DNA of 64,000 bases from Camelus dromedarius. Lineage: Eukaryota. Below are positions 13,288 through 26,163 of this stretch, piece by piece. The notes beneath the pieces are model-generated. The model did no database searches and was not told the origin of the DNA. It worked only from the letters and a program-made list of their open reading frames with translations. Each line of letters starts with the position of its first letter. The stretch's first letter is position 1. Where the stretch lies: the NCBI RefSeq assembly GCF_036321535.1, contig NC_087436.1:6200001-6264000 (forward strand), given 5' to 3'. Both the position numbers and the translations under genes were made by a program.

Positions 13288-13754
13288 TGTGTTCATTTCC
13301 TAGGGCATCACAAAGACTGAGTAGATTAATACAACAGAAATGTGGTCCCTCCCAGTTCCAGAAGCTTTTAGTCTGAAATCAAGGTGTCAGCAGGGTTGGC
13401 TCCTTCTGAAGGCTCTGGTGGGGGGAGTCTGTTTCTTGCCTCTCTCCCAGCTTCTGGTGATTCACATCAGTCCTCGGTGTTCCCTGGCTTGTAGAGGTTT
13501 CATTCCAGTCTCTGCTTCCACCCTCTCATAGCACTTGCCTGTGCCCATCTGCACCACCTGTGGGCATCTGTGCCCAGTTGTCCCTCTTCGTGTAAGGACA
13601 CCAGTCACATTGGGTTAAGGTCAATCATAATGGCCTGACTTTAACTTGATTAAATCTACAAAGACTTTATTTCCAAGTAGAATCCAATTCACAGGTAATG
13701 TGGATTAGGATTTCAACAAACTTTTTCGAAGAAGACACAATTCAACCCACAACA
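13288..13754 (-). mobile_element. MaLR LTR (MLT1C-like)
   Basis: tgtgttcatttcctaggg start, tctgaaatcaaggtgtcagcagggttggctccttctg, aaggacaccagtcacattgg, acacaattcaacccacaaca end. Confidence 0.85.
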
Positions 13755-14149
13755 CTACCCTCCTTGTAGAAGAATTTAGATGCTAAGAATCAAGGCTGTC
13801 CATTTAGGACTGATTATTTGGCTACTTTACAGAATTCAGTGATTTGGTTTCACTCTAAAGACCATCATCTCAGGCATCAGAGTCCTCACAGAAATCAAGG
13901 AAAATATTCAGTCTAAACACTGGCCATTAAAATATGAAATGTATAATCCTTTCTTTCTCGATGCCGTGTATGTATTATTCATCAATCACGTAAAGCTTCT
14001 TGTGTTTTTTCTTGAATTACATGATCACCCCCAGGTTTCCCTACATCTAACTCAACAGTCAGTTATTCAGAAGCTGTGTAATGGCTTCCTATGTGCTGGG
14101 CACCAGCTAAGAACTAGGAAGCTACTGAAACAGCAATAAATGTGATATT

Positions 14150-14275
14150 AGAAGAGATCAACCCATCCAATCTTTTCATTGTGCTCAGAGGAGGAAACTA
14201 AGACCCAGGGAGGTTAGTTGTTTCTTAAGCTAATTCTCTAGTGAGTGACAGAACCAGATATCCCCAGGTACCAAC
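14150..14275 (-). mobile_element. MIR fragment
   Basis: gaggaaactaagacccagggaggttag core motif. Confidence 0.55.
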
Positions 14276-15339
14276 TGTACTTAATCTATTCTTATTTTCA
14301 GTTCCCTATGACAGCATGATGTCTAGGTAACTCACGAGAATACATATGCAGCAGGGTTGCTCCGATTTTCATTCTCCAGGGCTCTCTACCCCTGATTACA
14401 GACAATGTGGAAGAGAGGACTCCCAGTTTTGTCTCCAGGAGAATTCTCCCCTCTGCAGTTCATTCGAGGACCTAGACGTACATTATAATATGCCAATATG
14501 ACAAATGTTTGCTACTATCACTCTTAATCTAGTAGACAAGCTGGTAGGAAAAGCCAAAGTTTCAGGTTCTCTGTAACTGCTCATACCGTCTCAAGGTCAG
14601 CCTTCTTCACCCAACTCTCCGAGTTCTGCGCATTTCAGTTTGCTCAAAAGGGCACCAAAGGCTTGCTCGGGCAGCTGCTAATGTCTAGTTCTGAATATAA
14701 CGGAGATAGTTACACAAAGAACAATCACATTCTTAGTCAAATAAGGATTTATGCCCTTGAAACTGGGCAATAAAAACTCAGACTGATTTTTTGTAAGTTA
14801 CGCCTTCAACCCTGCGAGTCACGCATCCTTTCTGCAATTTTCATTTTCTGTACAGTCAGAAATATCAAGCACTATCGTGGCTTTATACCTGCAGAAATAA
14901 ATTTTAAAGGGTGGCCCAATTAATTTTGCCTCAATCCCTTGTTTAAAACCAAAGAGGAAATACGTATTTCAAAATGAGCAGGAGTCTTTGCAGCGAGTAA
15001 ATCTATTCTCTGATTAAGTTAGGTAACCACAGTCAAAGAAGAGGGAAAGATTAAGAACTTATACAAAGGCAGGAAAATTCAGTCAAAATTAAAGATAAAG
15101 CCATTCATTTAGCTACTTAGCTACTAAGCCGAATATTCCTTAAAAAATTGTTAACCATGATTTTGATAAGAAGAATTCGATTGATAAATCTGAACAATGT
15201 AAAGAATCCGCAAAATTAGCTTGGAGCCCATAAGTGGTATCTTTAACAGAGAAATATAGTAAAGTTTTTTTCTGGCACTAACCAGATAATTTTATCTTCA
15301 ATCTCCATAAATTCCCCTGGAAGTAACTTTGCAGAGACA

Positions 15340-15590
15340 CAGAGCAGCACGGCATTCAAATCAAGAACTCTGAGGTTAGGCTTCCTGGATTTAAGGCCAG
15401 ACATTGCAATTTACTAGCCACATGGCCTTGGGCAAATTAATGAACCTTTACAAGTCTTCCTCAATTTTTAAATCTGTAAAGCAGAAGTGATAAATATTAC
15501 CTGCTTCCCAGGAATGCTATATAGATGTAACAGGAAAAACCATGCCAAGTACCTGCTCGAGTAGGTGCTTCTTAGGTAATCCACCATTAT
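15340..15590 (+). mobile_element. MIR
   Basis: ttactagccacatggccttgggcaaattaatgaacct...tctgtaaa core. Confidence 0.65.
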
Positions 15591-15771
15591 TTGCTTGAAG
15601 AATCTACATCAAATAAGGCACTTGGAGCATAAAATATAGAAAATCAAAAATAATGGGAGAAAATGCAAGAAAATGTGAACAGTAGCTAATGCAGCCACGA
15701 CTGATTAGTTTTCTTTTTCCATTTCCAAAAAAATTAAATGCAATTATATGATATTTAAAACAACATGATTT

Positions 15772-15935
15772 GTGGGGGGGTGTACAGCTCAGTGGCAGAG
15801 TGCATGCCTAGCATGCATGAGGTCCCAGGTCCAATCCCCAGTACCTCCACCAAAAGTATTAAATAAATAAATAGATAACTCTAATTACTTCCCCCCCAAA
15901 AAAAATTGAGCAAAAATTTTTTTAATTAAAAAAAT
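15772..15935 (+). mobile_element. tRNA-Ala-derived camelid SINE (Vic-1-like)
   Basis: tRNA-Ala head with A/B boxes and A-rich tail. 15-bp TSD aaaacaa(c/t)atgattt at 15757-15771 and 15936-15950. Confidence 0.92.
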
Positions 15936-16258
15936 AAAACAATATGATTTTACAAAATTCATTAGGGCAAACATGTTATAACGGAAAACTTTAAATTATT
16001 CTCAATATTTTTTCTATGGAAACTTCCAGTTTCTAGTAAAATCAGAATCCTCTCTACCATTCCCATTCCCCCACCCCTACTCAGAACCTCCCCACCCTCT
16101 CCACTCAACACACACACTTCTTATGCCAAGATAAGACTTTACAGGAGTCTACACCCCACAAGGCACGTGCAGAGAACTCATAGCATGGCGCTGATTCAAC
16201 CAGCCCTTCACCATTCAGAGTTCTGTTTTAAAACACCTCTAGACTTAGAAACTCATGT

Positions 16259-16374
16259 ATATGTCTGACTGAAACATGATGCTGGACACCAGAAATTGAC
16301 ACAACATTGTAAACTGACTATACTTCAATAAAAACAAATAATAAAAATAAAAGATGTCACTGTAAAAAAAAAAA
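16259..16374 (+). mobile_element. Young 5'-truncated L1 3' end with double A-tail
   Basis: Matches the L1 terminal ~70 nt. TSD aaactcatgt at 16249-16258 and 16375-16384. Confidence 0.88.
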
Positions 16375-19300
16375 AAACTCATGTTCTGCAGAACTCAAGA
16401 AAAAGTGATTCTTTTGTATAAGATATGCATCAATGTTATCATAGCAAAATTCAGGACTCACATTAAATATTTCCTTGCCGTTATCTGTCCAAATGTGATT
16501 TTACTAAAAGTAACTGCTATTGATTGAATATGGCATTAAGGAATTGGGAAAAATAAACACTCATTTAATTTGGGGCTCCCTTTTCAACCTCAAGATTATT
16601 CATTTCAAATGCAATATTTTGAAGTCTAACTGAAAGAATACATGATTTTAGGTGGAGAGAAAGGGGGAAAAATCTGCTTGTTTATTTCTTTACAATAAGC
16701 CATTCAGAAATAATTCATGGCTGCTTACAGAAGCACATTTAGTACAACAACTATGTCCACATGAGAGAACCTTATTTAGACAGCCAACTTATAATGTACC
16801 ATCAGTGGATTTATGAATAGCTCATTTTTAAAGTATGTCAAAGCCATAAGTAATTATCATGTCAGAGATAGCTATTTGATTTCTTACCCTGTATAAATTT
16901 TGAAACAATAGTTTTTTAAAAAGGGAAAAAAAGTTATACATAAAAACAACTAAGAGGCTGTTCATGAAATTTCCTCAGAAAGTTATAGAAGATGAGATTT
17001 TGGCCATGACCAGTGAAATTTAATCTGGTAATTTCCCCTTTTTTTTTTTTTTTTTTTTTTTGGCTTGGTAGCATGCTAAGAAAGTCATTTATTTGCTCCC
17101 CTGGAATTTAAGAGCATAAAATATCGCATATTATTTGCACAAACTTCTCTAGAGATGCGTGAACAGAAAAGATGCTGGCAAGCACACGGTGTGTCCCCTG
17201 ACAACCTTCTCTGGAGGTGAAACGAGGTAAAAATGAGCATCCAAGGTGTCACGAAGTGACAAGTAAGTCATAAAGAAATGGAACAATCTGCGGGGACTTT
17301 GCCCCAAGCCTCTTCAATCTTTCACGATCTGTGCAAAGGAGTGGCCATGGACACTTCTTGAAAATGACAGGCAGAGTTTTAAGCACTGGCTGCACACGAT
17401 GTCTTTTTTCCCCTCCTACAGACAGGGGCCACCTCCTCATCCATCTCCCTGAAACTCCCAGTAGAACTACTACATCAGTATAAAATGTGAGTAACCGGGA
17501 AGGCACCTGGACTCCAGAGATGCACTAAAATGAAGTACGAGGTGCCGGTCACTTCCTGCAGAGAATTTGTGATACCAAACTAAGTGACAAGGTGTTCTTG
17601 AAATATTACTGTTCTGGCCAGCCTTCTGAAATTTTGACAAGATCAAATGCGGATACCTCTAAGGACGGAAGGTGAAACCATCACAGATTTTACGCCCATC
17701 CAAGAAGCAAATGTATAATTTATGAGTATTTTTCATCACCAAAAAGAGCAAGCAAGTGTTCCACTATTTTTTTAACTGCAAAGTAGTCTCATTCCCATGA
17801 TATCCCTTGTTTTCCAAAGGATTTATTTGCAAAATGTTGAGAAACCTGTCTTCGGTTCTTGGCCACGAACTTTGGCATTTGCAGCCACAGAAGCAGATGC
17901 TTATGCATACTGTTATCCAAAAAAATTAAAAAAAAAAAAAAGACGCCAAGGTCAGAGCTTTCTGAAAAAATCCAGTAAATGACAGACGAAGAAAATTACA
18001 GAAAGTGAGAGATGCCCAAGGATGCAGGAAGCAGTGATTCTGTTGCTGGATTACACTGACTCTTTAACAAGTAAAATTTTGACCCCGATATCACTAATTT
18101 TGGCATGTGTGGATAATTTAGCTCCTGCAGTATCTAGCCCCTAATTATTGATTAGGGGGTCCTCGGTAGTTCATTCCTAGTTTTCAGAGATACCACCTTG
18201 TCCCAGAGCCTGGACTTCATAGCTGTAACTTTCCCCGTTGCTGTCATCTCAGCATCCTTGGTCCAGCACAGGGACACAAGCAAGGCTCATGTCTGTTCTC
18301 AGCTCTCTGCAGCACCTCGCTGCCTCTCTCCTCTGGTCTCCTCTTGTCCTCGCCTCTTGTCATCTGAAAGCAGCTCCTGCATTCATCCACTGTACATAGT
18401 CTCTTCCAAGCTTCAACGCCTGGGATTGACTTTTTTTTTTTTAACCCCCGCTTCCATCCATATTCTCCAGCCCAATTCTTTTTCGCTTATGTTTTGTGTG
18501 TGTGTGTGTGTGTGTGTTTTAATCCATCCTACTGCCATTTAGTGATTAGGCAGGTAGCAGAGAAGAGGCAGGCATGAAAGACAGCAGTTAACACAGGCCA
18601 TTTGATTGACTGAAAGTCCTCAGAGGAGGCAGAGCAAGGAAAGTCAAGGAAGGTATGGCGGGAAGGAAAGGCGTGTGGAACGGAAACCGAAATGGTGCCA
18701 CAGGGATGTTTGATCGTCACTAAACATAGAACAAGAACTCCTGATATGAAGCGCAGTCATCTAAAGCTTGCGGCACTGTTTGGTGTTATTCTTCACGTGT
18801 GATGTTTACAGAGAGCACAGTTGCGAGCAGAGCACAGCCCTGCTGGCGGCTTTCTGCAGAGATCTTCCCTAAGACAGCCCCACCGATTGGACTCATTGCC
18901 GATTAAGGATGTTCATTCCTGGAATGCACGAGGAGAAGGGCATCTTAGGCTTCGTGAGAGTCAGGAAAGCTTTGAAATCAAATGCCAGCCAGGAAGGGTC
19001 ATTAGGGAAACCACACGTCGGTAATGTTTACATGCGAGTTGTTAAATAGAACTTCATAACATTAAAAATCTGTACCACGATGACGGGTATCATAGCTGAA
19101 AATGTCTAACTTACCTAATGAGGCATCCCCTTAAGTGTGAAAGGAGGAGAAGTCAAGGCAGTCTTGGCTTTCCTGTTGGCTTGGTCGTGTGCTGTGCAAA
19201 CGAGTCTTCAGTGTGTTCCTTACTCTTCCTTGTCATGTAGGTCTTACCCCAGGGCTCAGATAGGAGAAATAGAGGGGAAAAGTTGTGGAATATTAAAAAA

Positions 19301-19429
19301 GATAAAAATAATACAAGAAAATTAGATTTTCCAGGCAATATAAATTTCAAGATGAATTTATTATCTTAGACCATGTTTCAGCATATACATACCATCTCTA
19401 ATTTCTCGTCCCATTTTTTTTTTAAACCA

Positions 19430-20420
19430 CTCCAAATGGACTTTCATCCCCACTCCTCCAATGAAACTGATTTTCAGAATCAGTAACAAGTGGTCAGTTC
19501 TCGGTCCTCGGACACAGTTGCTCATTCCCTCCTCTGTGCCACATTTTTGTTTTTTTTCTTGTTCTTAGATTCCAAGGCACTAAAATAGCTCTGTTTTCTA
19601 GCTATGCTGTTACTTTTTTCAGGAGCCATCATGCCTAAGACAGCTCAAATTTAAAATGCCCAAAAGTAAGCCTCTCCCTCCACCCTGAAGCCCATCCACC
19701 TGCAGGCCCCACCATCCTGGTCATCATTCGTGGCATCTCTCACACCCACGTGCAATCCAGTAGCTCCAGCTTCAAAGGTGTCTGGCATCCAGTCACCTCC
19801 TTCTACCCCACGGTGTGTCCAGACATCATCATGGCTCGCTGGATCACTCCACGGCCCCTGGATGGCCTTCCTGCTCCTGCTCTTGCCTCTCAAATGTGCT
19901 CTCCACACGCCAACCAGGGCGAGACCATTAAAAGGGAAGCAAGATGGCGTCACCCCTTAAATCCTTCAATCTGAGCAAAAGTGAAAGTCCTTGGAATGGG
20001 CACCCTGTCATTTTCTGCCACTGTTCCTTCCAGCTGTCCCCGTGGTGCCCTTGGCTCTGGTCATCCCAGAACACAGGAGGCAGCCATTGCCTCAGGGCCT
20101 TTGCCTGCTCTTTTCCCAAAAAGATGTGACTCCACCCCTCGCTGCTTCCAAGCACTTCCTAAAGATCACCTCCTCACTGAGATCTTCCCAAATCACTCCG
20201 TTTAAACTGGCAACCCTGGCACTCTCCTCTCTTCTTACTTGCTCCAACTCTTCCCCACTGGTCATTTACAATCTTCCAACATATTATGTCATTATTTGTT
20301 GTTGGGTTTTTTTTTTTTTTTTTAAATCATCCACTTTCCCCCACTGGAATGTAAGCTCCAGGAAAGTAGGGATTTGTAAACTGTTATTTATAAATTAGGC
20401 CCTTAGTCAATATTTTTAAT
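19430..20420 (+). mobile_element. L2 (L2a-like) 3' fragments
   Basis: ctcagggcctttgcctgct and cccactggaatgtaagctccaggaaagtagggatt L2 3' motifs. Confidence 0.7.
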
Positions 20421-20563
20421 TAAATGATTAGTATGCAAAAATAACACAGTTTTCTTGTGAAACGCTGAGACAGTGCCCCACTCATGGCCCTGATCTGTCT
20501 CTGTTTCTTATCTCATCCCCTCAGTCTGTCTCTTGTTTCCATTTTCCCTTTCCAGTGAGTATC

Positions 20564-20685
20564 TTTTTTTTTTTTAATTGAAGTACAGTCAGTTTACAAT
20601 GTCATGTCAGTTTCTGGTGCACAGCATCACGTCTCAGTCATACATGTACACACATACATTCCTTTTCATATTCTTGTTCATCATA
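20564..20685 (-). mobile_element. Short young L1 3' end
   Basis: Poly-T followed by aattgaagtacagtcagtttacaatg, the reverse complement of the L1 terminus. Confidence 0.85.
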
Positions 20686-20889
20686 GTGTGACTACAGTGG
20701 TTGTCCTGGTACCCTTGCCTCAGCTTCTCTCATTGTGGACGTTCCCCCAGACTGGGTCTTAGTCCTCTTCTCATCTGCCCCTATTCCCTTTATGAGACGA
20801 TCTCTCTCCTTCAAACACTTCGTTTCATTTCAGTGTTCTGCCCTTTCCCTACTCTGTGCCGATGATGCTGAATGTGTGAATGATCTCGC

Positions 20890-21800
20890 TTGAGATTCAT
20901 GCTTTGTTTTTCCTTAATTTGAGAATTTGTGTCTTTTATCGATTTTGGAAGTTTGTAAGCATTTTCCCTTCAATTATTACCACTTCTCTCTTCTCTCTGT
21001 CCTGTCCTTTCGGAACTCCTCACCAATAGGTGTGGGTTATTTTCATGCTACCTTCCATAAGGAAGTCATCTTTGACTTCTCTTTGATCATTACTGTTGAT
21101 TTATCTTAATCTGTGATATTTCCTCGACTTTAGCTTCCAGTTTCTTCAGTTTCTGTAAAGCAAGAGCCTCCTATTGGATTTCCACTGTGTTTGCAATCAT
21201 TTATTATAATTGTTGTGTCAAGAATTCCATCTGGTTCTCTTTTTTCCCTGGTGTCTTGTTCTTTATATATATATATATATGTATGTATTTTTTAATCATT
21301 TTTCACATTACTAATTTATAGTCAGCTTCAATTTACTTATTGTTTCAAATGAGTAAAGCAATGGTTCTCCTATTTCTGGTTCCTGTAAACTTTTGCTTCA
21401 TGGTGCGTGAGTTCTTTATATTTTAGTTTTACGTTTTGCACTTCCTTGAGAGGGGCTTGTTTTTGGCAGGGGTCTCACATGTGGACCGGTTCTGAGAATG
21501 ATCCTCCAAGGAAGTTTTAATATTAATTCCTCTGTACAGCCCCAGGGCATCCCAAGAACCACCATGTATATTAATTTCCCAGCTGGGCACTTCTGGTCTC
21601 CTCAGATCCTGCAACGTTAGACTCCAAAGCAGAATGGGACATGGGCTTGGCTTCTGATTGCTGAGGGTAGCCTTTTTCCTGACACCAGACACAGGAGCTT
21701 CCGTGTCAAACGCTGGGTGAGAAGCAGATATTTTTAATGTTCACCTTTCACTGAAGCTTTCGGGTTTCTACATCCACACTTTACAAAAGAACGGTTTTCA
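20890..21800 (-). mobile_element. Very old L1M 5'/ORF1-like fragments
   Basis: T-rich antisense L1-like motifs similar to 10000-11170. Confidence 0.35.
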
Positions 21801-22227
21801 CGAAGAGTCCTTAATCCTTGCCTCATACAGCCACGCACAGGTATTAAAATTCAAGTCCTGTGCTCTGGTTCTGTCCACCTCCAGTGTCAGGGCTACAGCA
21901 GCTGCATGTTTACTGATTTAAGTTCCATTCCTTACTATTATTACTATCATATAATAGTATTATTACATTATATTATAATAATACGATATATTAGAATAGT
22001 ATTATCATATCATACTATTGCCTGGGTAGTTCCTTTTTTTTATGTTCTTGCCCTTCCATTTTGTTATTGTTAGGTTTTACCAAGCATTTCAAACACAGTG
22101 GAAGAATTTCTGCATTTATTTGATGCACTATTTTGCAGGAACTGAAAGTCTCTGGGTGATTTCTACTTTCATGAATTTTAAAAACTTCATCTATGTTTCA
22201 GCAATCCCTAAGTTAGGTTTCTAAGCC

Positions 22228-22422
22228 AGTCATTCTCAGCGGGTGGTGGTTTTACCCCCGAGGACATTTGGCAAGTTCTGGGGGTGTGCTGACTGTCACA
22301 GCAAGAGGCAGAACCACTGGCATCTGGTGGGCAGAGGTCGGAGATGACGCTGAACATCCCACAGACCCCAGGACGTTATTATCTCTGCCAAGACGCGCAC
22401 AGCACCGGTGCTGGGAGACCTG
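22228..22422 (+). mobile_element. MER20-like hAT-Charlie MITE
   Basis: cagtcattctca...ggacatttggcaa...actggcatctggtgggcagagg...gagacctg. Confidence 0.75.
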
Positions 22423-22499
22423 CCCAGCCCGCGCCTCTCACCGATGTTCGAACCTCCACCCCCATGCACACTGACTCCTGTCAAACAGGATATTCTTTT

Positions 22500-23250
22500 T
22501 GGTTCGTATTCACCAGCACTGTTCCCCACTTGGTCGTTCCCATTTCGGTTAAGGGCACTGTCGTGAACCGGACTGCTCAGATTAGGAACCTCATGCTCTT
22601 TCTTGAAAACTTTATATTGGCAATCTGGTCGGTTTCACCCCTCATTCTCTAGATTTTCCACCTCCACTGTCCGCGTCACGGTCCAGCATCTCCCCCTAGA
22701 GCAACTGGAGGGCCTTCTGTCCTGTCTCCCTTCCTCCTGTTCGTTTCCCACACGGCCACCAGGCTGATCTCCCGGCACTGCTGGTAGCATGGCCTTCAGG
22801 TCAGGTGTGCATGATCTGGGCCTTGCTGACCGCACTACCCACCTTCAGTGCCACTCCCTCATTCACTGACTTTTAGAAAAATCAACTTGGTCTCGTTTTC
22901 TGGAAGACGCTGACCCTTTTCCAAGATCCTTCACGTGCCATTGCTTCTGCCAGACGTGCTTTCCTCTAATCCACAGAGTAATGGCTCCTCAATCTTCAGA
23001 CCTCAGATCTCAGCTTCAACACCCCTCCTCCAGAGGCCCCCACTTCTACCTGACCTCAGACACAGCTCAGCTCCCCTATTACCTCTCACAACTGTCACTG
23101 CAATTTTCAGTATTATTGTATATATTCTCCCCTAAATGTAAGCTTCAAAAAATCCCAAGAACCATGTTTATTTAATTCACAGTTTCTAATTGGTCCTGGG
23201 ATGTGGCAGGCCTTCAGGGAATATTTATTGAAGGACTTCATTAATACATG
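22500..23250 (+). mobile_element. L2 fragments
   Basis: aatgtaagcttc...ggcaggccttcagggaatatttattgaa L2 3' end plus upstream L2-like motifs. Confidence 0.55.
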
Positions 23251-23349
23251 CTAAAATTTTATCAGGAGTGATGACCTGGCTAACACTGGCTGCAGGACTT
23301 CCGTGGATCCCAAACTTACAAGACTTCAATTTTCAGGTGTCTGTGACTA

Positions 23350-23630
23350 GACATATACTATGTAATAAGTTATACACGGTTATTAAATGCCTAATGCATT
23401 ATGCAATATAAATACATAAATGCATACTATATACATTATAAATGCATGTATGTATACCTTATATAGTATCTATGCATATGTGTATTTAATATGTATATAT
23501 TTTATGCACATAGGTATTAAATATATGCCTACATATGTACATAGTAGTATATACATGCATAATATATACATTATATGTATGTGTAGCCGTCTACCTTATA
23601 TAATGCATTAAATTCATATTTATATAAGGA
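23350..23630. repeat. TA/TATG-rich low-complexity tract
   Basis: Degenerate (TA)/(TATG)/(CATA) repeats. Confidence 0.85.
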
Positions 23631-23659
23631 AAATGTTTCTTATAATTTGGGGTGTTTTA

Positions 23660-24120
23660 ATTCTTATTTTTTATTGAAGTGTAGTTGACTTACAATCTTA
23701 GTTTCAAGTACACAGCAGTGATACATATACATACTTTTTTTTCAGTTTCTTTTCCATTATGGCTCATTACAAGAAATTGAATATAGTTCCCTGTGCTACA
23801 CAATAGGTCCTATAGGTCCTTATTGTTTATCTCTTTTATATACAGTAGTGTGTCTCTGTTAATCCCAAAGTCCTCATCTATCCCTCCCCACTTCCTCTCA
23901 GTAACCACAGTTTGTTTTCTATGTCTGTGAGTCTACTTCTGGTTTGTAAATAAAATTTGTATCTTTTTAAAGTTTTTTAAATTCCACACATTAGTGACAT
24001 CATATGACATTTGTCTTTCTCTGTCTGACTTACTTCACTTAATATGATCATCTCTAGATCCATCCATATTGCAGCAAATGGCATTATTGACTTCTTTTTA
24101 TGACTGAATAGTATTCCTTA
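23660..24120 (-). mobile_element. L1 3' end, 5'-truncated
   Basis: Reverse complement of L1 3' UTR and ORF2 tail. Possible TSD ttataatttgg at 23640-23650 and 24125-24135. Confidence 0.88.
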
Positions 24121-25668
24121 TATGTTATAATTTGGTTTTAATCTGCAAAACTGATACTAACATTGGTGAAATTTTCATGCAGTGATGGCACCAAAGCCAT
24201 CTCTCTCACATGTTCGTCCATCCCTCACACTTTGATTGTCCTGATCCTGAGTAACTCACTGATTTTTTTTTCTGTTCCATGAACTCCTATATCCAATACC
24301 AAACTTTCAGAAGAACCCCCCTATGTCTTAGTCTCTTTGTGTTCTAGGGACCAAAATTCAGCTTCTACGTCTTCATCCCTTGTATTTGCACAGCTTAAGT
24401 ATTTTGCTATTCTTAGCTTCCACTAGGAGTAGGTGAAGCTAGGTGTTTCAAGTCCTTTTCGGAATGACATAGGGAAATACATCAGTAAAAATAAATCCAC
24501 GCCGTACAAATGCATGATAAACGGAATTTATGGAGTTTTGTTTCCCAACAATAGACTCTTGTAAAACGTGTCTTGTACTAACCAGTTCTTTGGGGATGAG
24601 TTCCCATTTCCACATACGGCAGTGGAACGGATTTGCTAGTCTGTCAGCTTCATAAGAAAGAACATGGTGTTCTTAAAGAGCACCTCATCTCCCTCCAAAA
24701 CACAGGGCTGAGGCCATGAATTTCATTTTACTTTGCGCACTGCACTCTCAGATACCCCGCTGGCTGGAAGCTTGGATGCCGCTCCATGTTCGCAGTGAGA
24801 CAGATGTCTGCACGGAGAGCACAGTGTTCTCAGGAAACCGTTCATGACTGTAGAGGGAGAGCTACACATTTTTGCCTCTCAATCTTCCACAATCTTCAAT
24901 ATGAAAGATCCAAACCTTCATACACACTGACCAGACAATTATTGGATTGTTGAGAATATACTGGGCACTTAATCCCATTTTGAAGAGTGCTGTCACTCAT
25001 CCAACGGACAACAGGAATGCAAAAAAAAAAAAATTTCAATCCAAGAAAGGTAAAAAAAAAAAATTATAAAGTATCGCTTTTTGATCATGAACTGAAACTT
25101 TTTTATATGACTCTAAGTGAAAGTAAAAAAATTCTTTCCCAGCACAGAGGTGATTTCATATGAGTTTAAATCTGTTCATTGTTTTTTCAATCTCTTGCTT
25201 TAAAACACACTAACTAATCAGTTGAACAAAGCTCCACTGGCTATTCTATCTACTTGCAAACTAGCAGATTCAATTTTCGACATAACAACACAAAGGAAAA
25301 TGAAGTGGAATGCTGTGATTTTAAGGGGGCTTTGCCCTCTTTTGTTCTGGGAACTTGACCAGTTTTCACACCAGAGCCGTCTCAGAGCCCTTTGTTCAAA
25401 CTCACAACATCGAATGTAAAGAACGGCTTTACATTGTGGTTTTCTTCCCTGAGGAATCCAAATGCATCAAGACAAATGCTCAGTGAGGCTTGGGACAGAA
25501 AGAGGTATTTATTTTACATGAGCCCGAGTTCTGTGTACCTCAGCGTCGTGACCAATGGATGGAGAGTACAGTTCTGGGTTGAGATTCTCTTTGTCTCGGA
25601 TGAATCACAAAGCCCAAACACATGGCCCCAGATGATAATGCTTTTAAATAGTCAGCACTGGTACTGGG

Positions 25669-26163
25669 TGTGAATGAAAAATATTGCAGACATATCAGTA
25701 AACAAAGGATGCTGCAGCTATCAAGTCATCAGCCACCAATGTGAGCGGAGGGACCTCAGGATGGAGACAAGCAGGCAGCCCGGCCTCAGCAGCCACCCCC
25801 AACGGTGGCCCCTGAGGGGACTCAGGATGGGAAAGCACAGGACACTGGCCCTAGACAGCTATGGTGCACATCAAAGGAATGATTTCAGTGAGGCCAGACT
25901 CTTGCATCTTCCCACATGTGGAAAAGCGCTAAATTCCTTAACTTGAAATATCTGGTTTTCTTTAATTAACAGTAATCTGTTAATGCTCTGACTATCTGGT
26001 CTTTGTTGCAAAAACTCCTGTGTATCCTGGACCCTTCCTTGTCACTCTGGAGTAGTCCTTCAGAGAGATCTGGATGCTGTGTCCCAAACTCCAGTCCTCA
26101 GAAAATACGCCGAATAAAACATAACTCTTAGCTTTTCGGTGGTGCGTTTTATTTCAGTCGACA
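25669..26163 (+). mobile_element. Solo ERV1-class LTR
   Basis: TG...CA ends, 4-bp TSD tggg (25665-25668, 26164-26167), imperfect terminal inverted repeat, AATAAA near 26113. Confidence 0.8.
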
